This document shows, piece by piece, positions 9,443 to 19,261 of a stretch of DNA of 32,000 nt (position 1 is its first letter; each line of letters begins with the position of its first letter). The notes under the pieces are model-generated. The model worked only from the letters and a program-made list of their open reading frames with translations, had not been told where the DNA came from and did not search any database. The DNA is from Mycolicibacterium smegmatis (GTDB lineage: Bacteria > Actinomycetota > Actinomycetes > Mycobacteriales > Mycobacteriaceae). The position numbers were made by a program, and so were the translations under genes. Where the stretch lies: positions 6,300,001 to 6,332,000 of the forward strand of contig NZ_LN831039.1 of the NCBI RefSeq assembly GCF_001457595.1, given 5' to 3'.

Positions 9443-9460
9443 CGCGCAAGGAAGGTCGGC

Positions 9461-10021
9461 ATGCTGGACCCAGACGCGGCACGCGAGCGCGTCCTCGCCG
9501 CGGCCGAGGAACTCTTCTACGCCCGCGGCATTCAGGCCGTCGGCATGGACGCCGTGCGGACGGCGTCCGGAGTCTCGCTCAAACGCCTCTACCAGATGTT
9601 CCCCTCGAAAGAGGATCTGGTTGTTTCGTTCCTGCAACAACGGGATTCGCGGTGGCTCGGCAGGCTCACCGCCGCGGTCCAATCCCACACCGACCCGCGC
9701 GAACGCATCACCGCGGTGTACGACTGGCTGTACGCGTGGTTCTCCGAACCCGACTACCGCGGTTGCGCGTTCATCAACTCCTTCGGTGAACTCGGCGGTA
9801 TCTCCCCCGCGGTCGCAGACCAGGCCCGCCACCACAAGCGGGAGTTCCACGCTTATCTCACCGAACTCGTCGGCGCCGCAGGGTATCCCGCCGAGTTGGC
9901 CGCGCACCTCGCTCTGCTCGCGGAAGGTGCGATTGTCAACTCGGCGATCTTCGGCACACCCGACCCCGCCACGCGCGCAAAGCAAGCCGCGCTCACGCTC
10001 ATGCAGGCCTCAGGCGGTTAG
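9461..10021 (+). CDS. TetR/AcrR-family transcriptional regulator
   Basis: MLDPDAARERVLAAAEELFYARGIQAVGMDAVRTASGVSLKRLYQMFPSKEDLV; ATG 9461 has GGAAGG RBS-like sequence; the track start 9434 lies inside operator O2. Confidence 0.9.
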   Translation: MLDPDAARERVLAAAEELFYARGIQAVGMDAVRTASGVSLKRLYQMFPSKEDLVVSFLQQRDSRWLGRLTAAVQSHTDPRERITAVYDWLYAWFSEPDYRGCAFINSFGELGGISPAVADQARHHKREFHAYLTELVGAAGYPAELAAHLALLAEGAIVNSAIFGTPDPATRAKQAALTLMQASGG

Positions 10022-10022
10022 G

Positions 10023-11228
10023 CTAGCCGCAGTTACCTCCAAGCGGAGGTGTGGAAGTCGCTGGGCCAGCGCGTGGCGCGATGACCCTCAGCATCGGCAC
10101 GGCAATCAGTAACGCCAGCGCGACCATAACGCTGCTGACCCAGACCGGCGCAACGACATTCGCGTGAATTCCGAGAGCCGCAGCTGCGGCCACCGGACCA
10201 CCGGCAGCGCCGACGTTCAACGCCGCCGTCGCATACGCCCCACCCATCGTGGGGGCTGCGGACGCCTCATAGAGCACCCGCGTGATCAGGGTGCCGCCCA
10301 CGGCGAACGACAACGCGCCCTGCATGAATGCCAGCAGGAGAAGCGCAGCCGGCTGGCTCGACAGGAGCGCAAGCGCCGTCCAGCCCGCCAACAACGCAGG
10401 GCCCCCGGCTCCGATGACGATACCGGGGCGTGTGTCGGACAGACGTCCCGCGACGGTCACGCCGATGAACGACCCAAACCCGAACAGCAGCAAGACAACC
10501 GAGACCCACAGTCGCCCCAGTCCCGCCGATTCGGTGACGATCGGTGCCAGGAACGTGAACGTCGCGAACGTACCGGCATTCACCAGGGCGGCGAGCAGCA
10601 TGGCCAACGCCAGGCGCTTACTCCCCAGTTGCGCGAGCTCATCACGCAGCGAGGCACCCGCCACCGGCGAGCCGGCGCGTCCTGCACCCGCCGGTAATGC
10701 TGTGGCGATACCGACAACAGCGGGCACACAGAGCAGTGCTATCGCCCAGAAGGTGGCCCGCCAGCCTAGCATGGTGCCCAGCACCGCGCCGGCCGGCACT
10801 CCGGCGATGGTCGCCAGCGTCGTGCCCGCCAGGAGAACCGCCAGCCCGCGACCTTGGCGTCCCGCCGGCACGAGGGTGGCCGCCGTGCTCAACGCGACCG
10901 CGAGAAAGCCCGCATTGGCAACCGCCGCGACCAGCCGGGTGACCAACAGAACGCCGAAACTTGTTGTGACAGCGCCGAGCACGTGCACCAGGGCGAAGGT
11001 CAGCAGGAAGGCCGACAAACTGACCCGGGCACGCCATCGACGGGTCAACGCCGCCATCGACGGCGCACCGACGACCATCCCCACAGCAAATGCCGACGTG
11101 AGCAGCCCAGCCGGTCCGATCGATACACCGAGGTCGGCGGCGATGTCCGGCACCAGACCGGCGAGCATGAATTCCGAGGTACCCATGGCGAATACGGCCA
11201 CGGCAAGAAGGTAGAGCGAAAAAGGCAT
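10023..11228 (-). CDS. MFS transporter, DHA1/Cmx-CmrA-like drug exporter
   Basis: 12 hydrophobic segments, MPFSLYLLAVAVFAMGTSEFMLAGLVPDIAADLGVSIGPAGLLTSAFAVGM...; GGAG upstream of ATG 11228. Confidence 0.9.
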   Translation of the reverse strand: MPFSLYLLAVAVFAMGTSEFMLAGLVPDIAADLGVSIGPAGLLTSAFAVGMVVGAPSMAALTRRWRARVSLSAFLLTFALVHVLGAVTTSFGVLLVTRLVAAVANAGFLAVALSTAATLVPAGRQGRGLAVLLAGTTLATIAGVPAGAVLGTMLGWRATFWAIALLCVPAVVGIATALPAGAGRAGSPVAGASLRDELAQLGSKRLALAMLLAALVNAGTFATFTFLAPIVTESAGLGRLWVSVVLLLFGFGSFIGVTVAGRLSDTRPGIVIGAGGPALLAGWTALALLSSQPAALLLLAFMQGALSFAVGGTLITRVLYEASAAPTMGGAYATAALNVGAAGGPVAAAAALGIHANVVAPVWVSSVMVALALLIAVPMLRVIAPRAGPATSTPPLGGNCG

Positions 11229-11417
11229 CACAAACTCCGAGGTGAGAGAGCGAGAAAAGAAAACGTCTCGTCACCGCGGCCGGCCCCCGTGGGGCTGGGA
11301 CTGCGCTCAGTGATTCAGGGGGCTGACGGCGTGACCGAAAGCCCCCACCTTGGATGCCTCAGGGCTCGACATGACGCGAACACTAGCCACGGCACCGCTG
11401 ACCACGCAACCCTGTTT

Positions 11418-12530
11418 TCAGGGCGCCTCACGCAACGCTGCTGCGAACTGCTCCAGTTCGTCGACCGTCACGTCGACGTGCGGCGAGATTCGCAGCACCG
11501 GCGTGCGCATCTCGAACGGTGCCCGCGCGAGTTCACACGCGGTGCTCACGATGCCACGCTCCGCGATCAGCCACGAGCGCACCGACGCGGGATCGGCACC
11601 ATCGGTGGGCTCAAGGGTGGTGATCGCGGTGGGTTGGTCGACGGGTTCGACGACGCGCCACCCGTCGACCTCTGCCAGCACCTGCCGAGAGAGGCACCCC
11701 ACCTCGGCGAGTCGTTCGCGCACCGTCGTGGGACCTGCTGCGAGATGCTCACCGACCGCGACGGAGAATCCCACACGCGCCGCCGCGTTGTGCTCACCGA
11801 GTTCGAGCTTCTCCAGAACACTCATCGGAATTGGCCAGTCGGACGGGGGGATCCGCGGTTGCAGACGCTCGGCGAGTTCGGGCCGCACCGCGAGCACCCC
11901 GACACCACGCGGGCCGGCGAGCCACTTGCGCGACGATGAGTACACCGCGTCGGCCCCGACATTGCAGTCCAGATGCCCCAGCGCCTGCGCGGCGTCGATC
12001 ACCACGGGGATCCCCGCATTGTGGCAGGCCTCGACGAGTTCTGCCGCGGGTTGCGCGATCCCGCGATGGCTTGCCAATGCGGTGAGGTGTACGAGCGCGA
12101 CGGGATGGGCCGACAGTTCGTGCGACGCCTCGTCGACCAGCACCCGCCCGTCGTCGTCGACCGGTAGCGCACGCACCTGGAAACCGTTGGCCGCCATGGC
12201 AGACAGATTCGGCCCGTACTCGCCGGGCAGGCAGGCCAGCGTGCGCTTCCCCGGCCAGCTCGACAGCAACAGGTCGATGGCGTGGTTGGATCCGCTGGTG
12301 TACACCACGTCCGACGCCGCAAAACCGATGAGCGACGCGACCGCGGCCCGCCCGGCGTCGAGCGCCGGCGTCGCAGCCTCGGCCGCCACATAACCACCCA
12401 CCTCGGCCTCGTGGCGTGCGTGTGCGGTGGTCGCGTCGATCACCGCGAAGCTCTGCCGCGAACATGCCCCGCTGTCCAGGTGCAACCCGGCAACCTTGGG
12501 ACGGGCGTCACGCCACTGCTGCGCGAGCAT
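11418..12530 (-). CDS. egtE: ergothioneine biosynthesis PLP-dependent C-S lyase EgtE
   Basis: Class V aminotransferase fold with [32 protein letters not shown]; last gene of the egt cluster; 1-nt overlap (TGATG) with egtD stop. Confidence 0.92.
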   Translation of the reverse strand: MLAQQWRDARPKVAGLHLDSGACSRQSFAVIDATTAHARHEAEVGGYVAAEAATPALDAGRAAVASLIGFAASDVVYTSGSNHAIDLLLSSWPGKRTLACLPGEYGPNLSAMAANGFQVRALPVDDDGRVLVDEASHELSAHPVALVHLTALASHRGIAQPAAELVEACHNAGIPVVIDAAQALGHLDCNVGADAVYSSSRKWLAGPRGVGVLAVRPELAERLQPRIPPSDWPIPMSVLEKLELGEHNAAARVGFSVAVGEHLAAGPTTVRERLAEVGCLSRQVLAEVDGWRVVEPVDQPTAITTLEPTDGADPASVRSWLIAERGIVSTACELARAPFEMRTPVLRISPHVDVTVDELEQFAAALREAP

Positions 12531-13495
12531 CACCGCACCGCCAGCGACAACCCGAAATCCCCGGCCGGATCGGTCCACCAATGCGTCTGCCGCAGACCGG
12601 CTTCCGCCAGCTCGGCGACGACGTTCTCGGGACGGAACTTGCAGGACACCTCGGTGAGCATCTCCTCACCCGCGGCGAAGTCGACCTCCAGGTCCAGTGC
12701 CGCGACGCGGACATGCTGTGCGGTGCGGGCACGCAACCACATCTCGATGCGTTCCTCGTCGGAGTTCCACTTCGCGACATGCTCGAACGCGTCGAGGTCG
12801 AAATCGGCGGACAGTTCGCGGTTCACCACGGCCAGCACGTTGCGGTTGAACGCCGCGGTGACGCCGGCCGCGTCGTCGTACGCGCGCACCAACCGGCCGG
12901 TGTCCTTCACCAGATCGGTGCCCAGCAGCAGGCTGTCGCCCGGCTGCAGCGTGTCCGCGAGAGTACTGAGGAACTCCGCGCGGGGCGCGGGTGTCAGGTT
13001 GCCGATGGTCGACCCGAGGAACACCACGAGCCGCCGTCCGACATGCGGGATCTTGCCCAGATGCTCCTCGAAATCGCCACATACGGCGTCGATCTCGATA
13101 CCCGGGTACTCCGCGCCGATTGCCGCTCCGGCCGAACGCAGCACGCCCGCGTCGACGTCGAACGGGATGAAGCGGCGCAGCAGCTCGGCGTCGCGCATGG
13201 CGTCGAGCAGCATGCGGGTTTTCTCCGATGTCCCACTGCCCAGTTCCACCAGGGTGTCGGCACCCGCGGCCGAGATGATCTCCGCCGACCGGGTCCGCAG
13301 GATCTGCGCCTCGGTTCGGGTGGGGTAATACTCGGGGAGCCGGGTGATCTGATCGAACAGATCACTGCCGACGGCGTCGTAGAACCACTTGGGCGGCAGA
13401 CTCTTCTGTGTCGCGGTGAGACCCGCGCGGACGTCACGGCGCAGCGCTTCGGCGGCCGAGTCGGCTGCCAGGTAGTTGGCCAGTGAGAGCGTCAT
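12530..13495 (-). CDS. egtD: histidine N-alpha-methyltransferase EgtD
   Basis: 321 aa, [62 protein letters not shown]...[11 protein letters not shown]. Confidence 0.96.
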   Translation of the reverse strand: MTLSLANYLAADSAAEALRRDVRAGLTATQKSLPPKWFYDAVGSDLFDQITRLPEYYPTRTEAQILRTRSAEIISAAGADTLVELGSGTSEKTRMLLDAMRDAELLRRFIPFDVDAGVLRSAGAAIGAEYPGIEIDAVCGDFEEHLGKIPHVGRRLVVFLGSTIGNLTPAPRAEFLSTLADTLQPGDSLLLGTDLVKDTGRLVRAYDDAAGVTAAFNRNVLAVVNRELSADFDLDAFEHVAKWNSDEERIEMWLRARTAQHVRVAALDLEVDFAAGEEMLTEVSCKFRPENVVAELAEAGLRQTHWWTDPAGDFGLSLAVR

Positions 13496-13506
13496 GGGGC
13501 GTCCTT

Positions 13507-14190
13507 TCACAGGGGTGTCACGACGACGTGGGCGTCGCGGACGTCGACGAGGTGCCGGTCCGGGATGTCCGACCAGCCGGGATCGTCGTCGTAGGGTTCG
13601 CTCGCGAGGACGACGCCGTCGGGGCGGCGCAGGACCGACAGCGTGTCCCCCCAGGTGGTGGCGAGCAGCCGGGAACCGTTGGCGGCCAGGATGTTCAACC
13701 GCGCGTTCGGGTCGAGTTCGCCGACCTCGGCGATGGTGGCGCCGAGCGCGTCGAGGCCACGGGAGAAGATGAGCGCCGCGAGGATCGCGCTGTCCACCGT
13801 GGACTCGGCGGCACCGGTCAACGGGAGCACCCCGCGGTCGACCAGGCCGTTGTGCGACAGCAGCCACTGCCCGTCGCTGAACGGCGCCGACGCCGACGGT
13901 TCGATGGGCATACCGATGGTGGCCGAGCGCACCGCGGCCACCACACAGCGACTGCGCAGCGCTGGTGCCACCGACGCGAACGACGCATCACCCCACAGCG
14001 GTTTGTCGCTGCGCCAGCGGCGGGCCACTCCATCGTCGTCGAAAAACCCTGCGCCCCAACCGTCGGCGTTCATCAGACCGTGCTTCTGTCGTCGCGGTGC
14101 GTAGGACTGCACCAGCAGTCCCTGCGGCGGGTCGAGCACCAGGTCGGCCAACGACCGCGGCGCGCCCAGCCACGCCACATGCCGGCACAT
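13507..14190 (-). CDS. egtC: gamma-glutamyl-hercynylcysteine S-oxide amidohydrolase EgtC
   Basis: [50 protein letters not shown] (N-terminal Cys class II amidotransferase); 227 aa; 1-nt overlap with egtB stop. Confidence 0.95.
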   Translation of the reverse strand: MCRHVAWLGAPRSLADLVLDPPQGLLVQSYAPRRQKHGLMNADGWGAGFFDDDGVARRWRSDKPLWGDASFASVAPALRSRCVVAAVRSATIGMPIEPSASAPFSDGQWLLSHNGLVDRGVLPLTGAAESTVDSAILAALIFSRGLDALGATIAEVGELDPNARLNILAANGSRLLATTWGDTLSVLRRPDGVVLASEPYDDDPGWSDIPDRHLVDVRDAHVVVTPL

Positions 14191-15476
14191 CAGACGTCCC
14201 AGGCCAGGCGGACACCCGAGAAGATCTGCCGCCGGATCGGGTGGTCCCAGTTGCGGAAGCTGGGCCGCAGGATTCCCGGTGCCACGGCCCATGACCCGCC
14301 GCGCAGCACGCGGTAGTCACCGGATGTGGTGCCCTCGAAGAACGGCGTGCTGTAGCGCTCGTAGATCATCGGCGTGAAACCGGGCCACGGCCGCAGCGGC
14401 GAGGAGGTCCACTCCCACACGTCGCCCAGCATCTGCTCGGCGCCATAGGCCGACGCCCCCGCCGGGTAGGCCCCGACCGGCGCCGGGCGGCGTGCGTCAC
14501 CGCCGAGGTTGGCCAGCGCCGCGCTGGGTTGTGCTGAGCCCCAGGGGAACCGGCGCCGAGCACCGGCGACCGGATCCCACGCGCAGGCCTTCTCCCATTC
14601 GATCTCGGTGGGCAACCGCGCACCGGCCCACGCCGCGTAGGCCTCGGCTTCGAAGAACGTCACGTGCTGCACGGGTTCGTCACCCGGGATCTCCTCGATG
14701 TGCCCGAACCGGGTGCGGGTGCCGTCGGGGTTCCAGAACTGCGGGGCCACCAGGCCCGCCTCCTGGCGGTGCGCCCAGCCGCGTGGCGACCACCAGCGCG
14801 GCTCGTCGTAGCCGCCGTCGTCGATGAACTCGCGCCATTCGGCGTTGGTGACGGGCACGCGGCCGATCCGGAACGACGGGATGTCCACGACGTGGGCGGG
14901 CCGTTCGTTGTCCAGCGAGTGCGGTTCGGTCAGCGCGTCGACCCCGAGCACGAACGGGCCGCCCGGCACCAGCACCGACGTGCCTGCCACGCCTGGCCTG
15001 CCCGTGGGCAGGGGAGTTCCGGTGTCGAGCAGGGGCGGGCCTTCGCGCAGGTTGAGTGCCTGCAGCATGGTCTCGTCGTGCTGGTTCTCGTGGCTGATCA
15101 CCAGCGCGAACCGGAAGCCCGGATCGTCCTCGGGCAGCGTGTCGAGGGTGTCGAGCGCCTTGGCCCGCACCGTCGCGCAGTAGGCGCGCGCATCCGAAGG
15201 CGGCAGCAACGGGAGGTTGACCCGGCTGGCGCGTGAGTGCTCGAACGCGTCGTAGAGCCGGTCCACCTCGGGTGCGAGCATGCCGGGGCGGTCGGGGTTG
15301 CCGTCGCGCAGCAGCCACAGTTCTTCCTGCTGGCCGATGTGCGCGAGGTCCCATACGAGCGGGCTCATCAGCGGGTTGTACTGGCGATGCAGTTCCGCGT
15401 CGTCGAACTCCACGAGCCGCAACGTGCGTTCGCGGGCCCGGGCCAGCTCGTCGGCCAGTGTCTCGCGTGCGATCAA
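14190..15476 (-). CDS. egtB: ergothioneine biosynthesis sulfoxide synthase EgtB
   Basis: DinB-like N-terminus with [14 protein letters not shown] iron ligands and FGE-sulfatase-like C-terminus ([37 protein letters not shown]). Confidence 0.96.
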   Translation of the reverse strand: MIARETLADELARARERTLRLVEFDDAELHRQYNPLMSPLVWDLAHIGQQEELWLLRDGNPDRPGMLAPEVDRLYDAFEHSRASRVNLPLLPPSDARAYCATVRAKALDTLDTLPEDDPGFRFALVISHENQHDETMLQALNLREGPPLLDTGTPLPTGRPGVAGTSVLVPGGPFVLGVDALTEPHSLDNERPAHVVDIPSFRIGRVPVTNAEWREFIDDGGYDEPRWWSPRGWAHRQEAGLVAPQFWNPDGTRTRFGHIEEIPGDEPVQHVTFFEAEAYAAWAGARLPTEIEWEKACAWDPVAGARRRFPWGSAQPSAALANLGGDARRPAPVGAYPAGASAYGAEQMLGDVWEWTSSPLRPWPGFTPMIYERYSTPFFEGTTSGDYRVLRGGSWAVAPGILRPSFRNWDHPIRRQIFSGVRLAWDV

Positions 15477-16744
15477 AGCTCACCTTTCGCCAGTTCCCGG
15501 ACGGCGGCGGCGATTCCGCGTGCCACCACCCGGTCCGAGAAGTCGTCGGCGGGACTACGCCTCTGCTGGACCGAACGCATCAACAGCGTCATCGATTCCT
15601 CGAGTTCGGCCGGTGCCCGCTCCGCCGCGAGCCGCACGCACGTCAGGGCCGCGGTGTGCAGATGTCGGTCCGTCAGGCCCATCCGCGCGGCGCGGTCCCA
15701 GGCTGTGGCGACTGGACGTGTTGCCTCAGCGGCACTTTCGGCCGCGACAGGATCGTCGAGCAATGTGGTGAGGGTGAACACAGCGGCCGGCCACAGCGCG
15801 TCGGGCACGCTGTCGAGATAGCGGATCTCCAGCCAGCGGCGCGGCCGCACCGGCGGGAACAGCGTCGTCAGGTGATAGTCCAGGTCGGCCTCGGTCGGTC
15901 TGCGTCCACCCAGCACGGCGCGCCCGTCGGCCCAGTCCGCGAACGGCACCCAGTTGGTCACGGGCACCGCGTCCGGAGAGTTCACCAGCATCACCGGCGC
16001 GCGCAGCGCGTAGCGCGCCCATTCGGAGGCGGGATCGTCGCCGTCCACACCCAGCACCGGCCCGCACCGCGCCGAGTCGAGCTGCCCCCACACGCGTTGC
16101 CGCGTCGAACACCAGCCCGTGAACTGTCCACCCAGCATCGGTGAGTTGGCGGTGATCGCGATCATCGTGGGCCCCAGCGCATGTGCCAACCGGACCCGCT
16201 CGGCCCAGCCGTCGCGCGGACCGGCATCCAGGTTGACCTGCACCGACGCGGTTGCCGTCATCATCGCGGCGCCGGCCTCGGCGGTACCGCTCGCGGTGAA
16301 GAACTGTTCCATGGCCGAGTAGCGCGCACCCGGGTTGACCCGGCGGGTCGGCCGCAGCGGATCGGTGCCGAGCAGCACCAGGCCAAGATTCCTGCGGGCG
16401 AACTCCGCACGCAGCACAGCACGGTCGGCCTGCAGCGCGGCGACCGCGGCGAGCGGACCGTCGTACGGCGGACCGGACAGTTCGACCGCGCCGCCGGGTT
16501 CCACGGTGATCCGGCTGCCACCGGGCAGTGGCGGTACGTCCGCGATCACGGCGGACAGTTCGTCCCAGCTCGGTCGCCGCGTCGGATTGCTCAGGTCGAA
16601 ACAGTGCGCCTCGATCTCCAGGCCCACCCGGCCGATCGGACCGTCCTGCAGGCTGTTGGCACCGATGTGGGCGGCGGCCTGCTCCGCACTGGTGAACTCG
16701 ACCGGAACCGCACAGCCAGAATCACTTCTGGCGGGTAAGGCCAT
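15473..16744 (-). CDS. egtA: glutamate-cysteine ligase EgtA
   Basis: GCS2/GshA-like, [39 protein letters not shown]; 4-nt overlap with egtB; ATG at 16744 preferred over TTG 16750 of the track. Confidence 0.93.
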   Translation of the reverse strand: MALPARSDSGCAVPVEFTSAEQAAAHIGANSLQDGPIGRVGLEIEAHCFDLSNPTRRPSWDELSAVIADVPPLPGGSRITVEPGGAVELSGPPYDGPLAAVAALQADRAVLRAEFARRNLGLVLLGTDPLRPTRRVNPGARYSAMEQFFTASGTAEAGAAMMTATASVQVNLDAGPRDGWAERVRLAHALGPTMIAITANSPMLGGQFTGWCSTRQRVWGQLDSARCGPVLGVDGDDPASEWARYALRAPVMLVNSPDAVPVTNWVPFADWADGRAVLGGRRPTEADLDYHLTTLFPPVRPRRWLEIRYLDSVPDALWPAAVFTLTTLLDDPVAAESAAEATRPVATAWDRAARMGLTDRHLHTAALTCVRLAAERAPAELEESMTLLMRSVQQRRSPADDFSDRVVARGIAAAVRELAKGEL

Positions 16745-16860
16745 GACCAACCGTCCCTCCCAGTCCCCTGCCGGACCGTCTGGTTCTTCTCCATCTTCCA
16801 GATCAGACCGACAAAGTTCGCGTCTTTATTCGTGACAGGTCGGTGACGGTTGCGGGCCGG

Positions 16861-17502
16861 TTATTGCCCCAGGGTGTTCTGCATGGCCCCGGCCAGCACG
16901 TTGACCGCGGGGCCTCCGTTGCCGGATTGGCACACTTTTGCCTGCAGCAGAACGTTTTCGCGCTTCCGGGTGGTGTTGAAACACCGCCGGTCGGTGGCCG
17001 CCTCCTGCTTGACCCAGTCGGCGTCGGCCGGGCCCGCCGGCCCGCCGGTGAACGTCCACACCTCGGTGTGGAAGTTGTCCAGATGCATCGCCGTGGTCTG
17101 CCCCGCGCATCCGACGGTGCGGTCGACGACGCGATGGTAGGCGCGGTCGGCCGCGTCGACGGTGGCGAACACCCCGACGGCCTGCTTCACCAGGTGTGTG
17201 GCGTCGCCCGCCGCGGTCTGGGCAGTGGCACCGCCGAAGGACGCCAGGTCGGGGTCGTTGAACACCTCGGGCAGGCCGATGTCGGCCCAGTTGTTGCACA
17301 CGGGGTTGTCGACGGAGAACGCCTGGAACGGCGCGGTGAACTCGGACTCCCAGCGGATGGGGGCGCCGACGATGTTGCTCACCGAACCCTTCGGCATGAC
17401 GGCGTAGGACACCACACCGGGATCCGACGGCCGGGCCGCAGCAGGTGCCACTGACGCCAGGACAAGTCCAGCCACCCCGAGACTCACAGTCACGGCACGC
17501 AT
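16861..17502 (-). CDS. secreted sensor-domain protein (PknH-like extracellular domain; Rv3705c-like position)
   Basis: MRAVTVSLGVAGLVLASVAPAAARPSDP signal peptide, four conserved Cys (VCNNW, VGCAGQ, RRCFNTT, AKVCQSG). Confidence 0.7.
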   Translation of the reverse strand: MRAVTVSLGVAGLVLASVAPAAARPSDPGVVSYAVMPKGSVSNIVGAPIRWESEFTAPFQAFSVDNPVCNNWADIGLPEVFNDPDLASFGGATAQTAAGDATHLVKQAVGVFATVDAADRAYHRVVDRTVGCAGQTTAMHLDNFHTEVWTFTGGPAGPADADWVKQEAATDRRCFNTTRKRENVLLQAKVCQSGNGGPAVNVLAGAMQNTLGQ

Positions 17503-17519
17503 GGGCTCGATCATGCCAT

Positions 17520-18038
17520 TCAGTACACGGTGCGGGTGCAGTAGGTGCGTGCCGGTGACGGGTACGGCCAGGCGAACTGACCGGCGTCGTCGCCGCATGC
17601 GGCCTGGTCACGGACGTCGAGCCGCCGCGTCACCTGGACCAGCAGGCCGGGCCTGGCGGGTTCGGCGCAGTCGGCCAGTTCGACCATGCCCGCGGGCATG
17701 CCGAGTTCGTAGCAGTGGTCGGCGACGAGGTTCGGCACCAGGCACAGCCGCGCCGTCGACGGATCGGCGAATTCGGTGGACAGCTGCTGGTATTCGCGGC
17801 TGGGGCACGCGCCGGTCTCGTCGGCGACGGCGCCCACGGTGTAGCTGGGGTCGGCGCTGCAGTCCACCTCTGTGGCACGTACGGGATCGGGTCCGTCAGG
17901 CGTCGTCGCCGGGATGCTCACGCAGTCACCCACCGAGAACACCATCACCGCACCACGTTCGGGGCCCGGTTGCCCACACGCCGGGGCGAGCAGTACCGGC
18001 GCTGCGATCAGCGCAAGCATGAGCCGATGGCGCGTCAT
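17520..18038 (-). CDS. putative secreted/lipoprotein, small Cys-rich
   Basis: MTRHRLMLALIAAPVLLAPACGQPG... hydrophobic leader ending in Cys; VGDCVSIPAT...VDCSADP...ACPSREYQQL pattern like mycobacterial LppU-type proteins. Confidence 0.6.
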   Translation of the reverse strand: MTRHRLMLALIAAPVLLAPACGQPGPERGAVMVFSVGDCVSIPATTPDGPDPVRATEVDCSADPSYTVGAVADETGACPSREYQQLSTEFADPSTARLCLVPNLVADHCYELGMPAGMVELADCAEPARPGLLVQVTRRLDVRDQAACGDDAGQFAWPYPSPARTYCTRTVY

Positions 18039-18102
18039 GGTTAGGCAGAATGTCACGATTCGCCGGACCCCGCCCAGGGCTTCAACCGAACTGAAATGAA
18101 GA

Positions 18103-18133
18103 GCCCCGGCCACCGAGGGGTCGTGGCCGGGGC
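18103..18133 (-). terminator. strong hairpin downstream of the Fur-family gene
   Basis: Perfect 11-bp stem GCCCCGGCCAC (18103-18113) / GTGGCCGGGGC (18123-18133), 9-nt loop; no long U-tract. Confidence 0.6.
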
Positions 18134-18157
18134 ATTTCTTCGGGCTGCAGATGTGGT

Positions 18158-18622
18158 CTAGATGGTGCTGCTCTGCGGTCTGGTCGTTGTGGCGGAGTCG
18201 TGCTGGCAATCAGCGCAAACTCCCCAGTACACGACCTCTGCCTCGTCGATCGCGAAGCCCGCCAGATCGGAGGGCTCCAGGCAGGGCGCCTCGCCGACCG
18301 CGCAGTCGACGTCGGCCACCCGGCCGCACACCCGGCACACCAGGTGATGGTGGTTGTCGCCGGTCCTGGTCTCGTAGCGGGCCGACGATCCGGCGGGTTC
18401 GATGCGCCGCACCAGGCCCGCGTTGACGCACGCGCGCAGCACGTCGTACACCGCCTGAGTCGACACCGACCCGAGGTTCTGGCGAACTGCCATGGCAACG
18501 TCGTCTGCAGTCGAGTGTGGCTGTTCGGCCAGGACTTCGAGCACCGCGACCCTGGGTGCAGTGACGCGCAACCCGGAGGCCCGCAAAAGAGCCTTGGGAT
18601 CGTGGTCATGCACTGTGGTCAC
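18158..18622 (-). CDS. furA: Fur-family transcriptional regulator (FurA-like)
   Basis: LRASGLRVTAPRVAVLEVLAEQPHSTADDVAMAVRQNLGSVSTQAVYDVLRACVNAGLVRRIEPAGSSARYE, HHHLVCRVCG, CADCQ; GTG start. Confidence 0.85.
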   Translation of the reverse strand: MTTVHDHDPKALLRASGLRVTAPRVAVLEVLAEQPHSTADDVAMAVRQNLGSVSTQAVYDVLRACVNAGLVRRIEPAGSSARYETRTGDNHHHLVCRVCGRVADVDCAVGEAPCLEPSDLAGFAIDEAEVVYWGVCADCQHDSATTTRPQSSTI

Positions 18623-18629
18623 AAAACCC

Positions 18630-18657
18630 AGTATGCGCGCATTTTCTGGAATGAGTC
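18630..18657 (-). promoter_or_regulatory. putative promoter of the Fur gene: TTGACT -16 nt- CATACT, leaderless configuration
   Basis: -35 at 18652-18657, -10 at 18630-18635 (minus strand); GTG start codon lies 7 nt after the -10 hexamer. Confidence 0.55.
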
Positions 18658-18674
18658 AAAAAGAGTGAGTGTGA

Positions 18675-19145
18675 TTATGGTCGCGCGGGTGCTGTGGTCG
18701 GCGTCTCTGAACGATCCGGGGCCTGCGGACCACGGAATTCACCGCGCTCGGCCGGTGCACCTCCCGGGCCGAACATGCCGCCACCAGGCCTCATGTGGCC
18801 GGGACCCATGCCGGGCATCATCGGCGGCGGGCCGCCACGGTGGAACATCATGATCTCCGGGCGGTCATGGCCGCGGTGATGATGCCCCGGGCCGGAGTTC
18901 TTGCCCAGCACGAAGCCGGTGCCGAACACCACAGCGACGATGAACACGACGCCCGCGACGATGCCGACCCACGCGGCGGCCTGTACGACACGGCTGTGCC
19001 GGCGGGGTGCCTCGGCGGGCGCGACGGGTACTGCTGCCGGCGGGGGCGCAACCGGCGGTGGCGCCACCGGCCCCGAGGTCGCGGTGGGCGTCTCGGCAGG
19101 CGTGCCGACCGGAGTGGTCGGATGGTCAGACGGTGTTTCACTCAT
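18675..19145 (-). CDS. proline-rich single-pass membrane protein (Rv3706c-like position)
   Basis: Pro-rich N-terminus, one TM segment (AAAWVGIVAGVVFIVAVVFGTGFVLGK), Met/Gly/Pro/His-rich C-terminus. Confidence 0.65.
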   Translation of the reverse strand: MSETPSDHPTTPVGTPAETPTATSGPVAPPPVAPPPAAVPVAPAEAPRRHSRVVQAAAWVGIVAGVVFIVAVVFGTGFVLGKNSGPGHHHRGHDRPEIMMFHRGGPPPMMPGMGPGHMRPGGGMFGPGGAPAERGEFRGPQAPDRSETPTTAPARP

Positions 19146-19188
19146 GCCACGAGCATGCGTCCGCTGCTCAGGTGGTGATCAAGAATCG

Positions 19189-19206
19189 GCTATGAATTGG
19201 CTATGA
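19189..19206 (-). promoter_or_regulatory. PhoP-like direct repeat TCATAGC-N4-TCATAGC
   Basis: Minus strand 19206-19189; 11-bp period; upstream of the gene starting at 19145. Confidence 0.4.
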
Positions 19207-19253
19207 ACGGGCGTCCTCGCTCACCGTGCGTAACGCAGTGGCGGCCACGAGCG

Positions 19254-19261
19254 CGTTTTTC
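19254..19261. repeat. 8-bp target-site duplication CGTTTTTC (left copy; right copy 20720-20727)
   Basis: Identical 8-mers exactly abutting the ISL3 terminal inverted repeats. Confidence 0.9.

Noticed and set aside
10854-11939. 361-aa plus-strand ORF (and 10282-11214)
   Set aside because: Antisense to the MFS transporter and egtE, both with clear family motifs.
16861-17598. Longer start for the PknH-like secreted protein (245 aa)
   Set aside because: ATG 17502 starts directly at a canonical signal peptide; the extra N-terminal 32 residues are Arg/His-rich and overlap the upstream gene.
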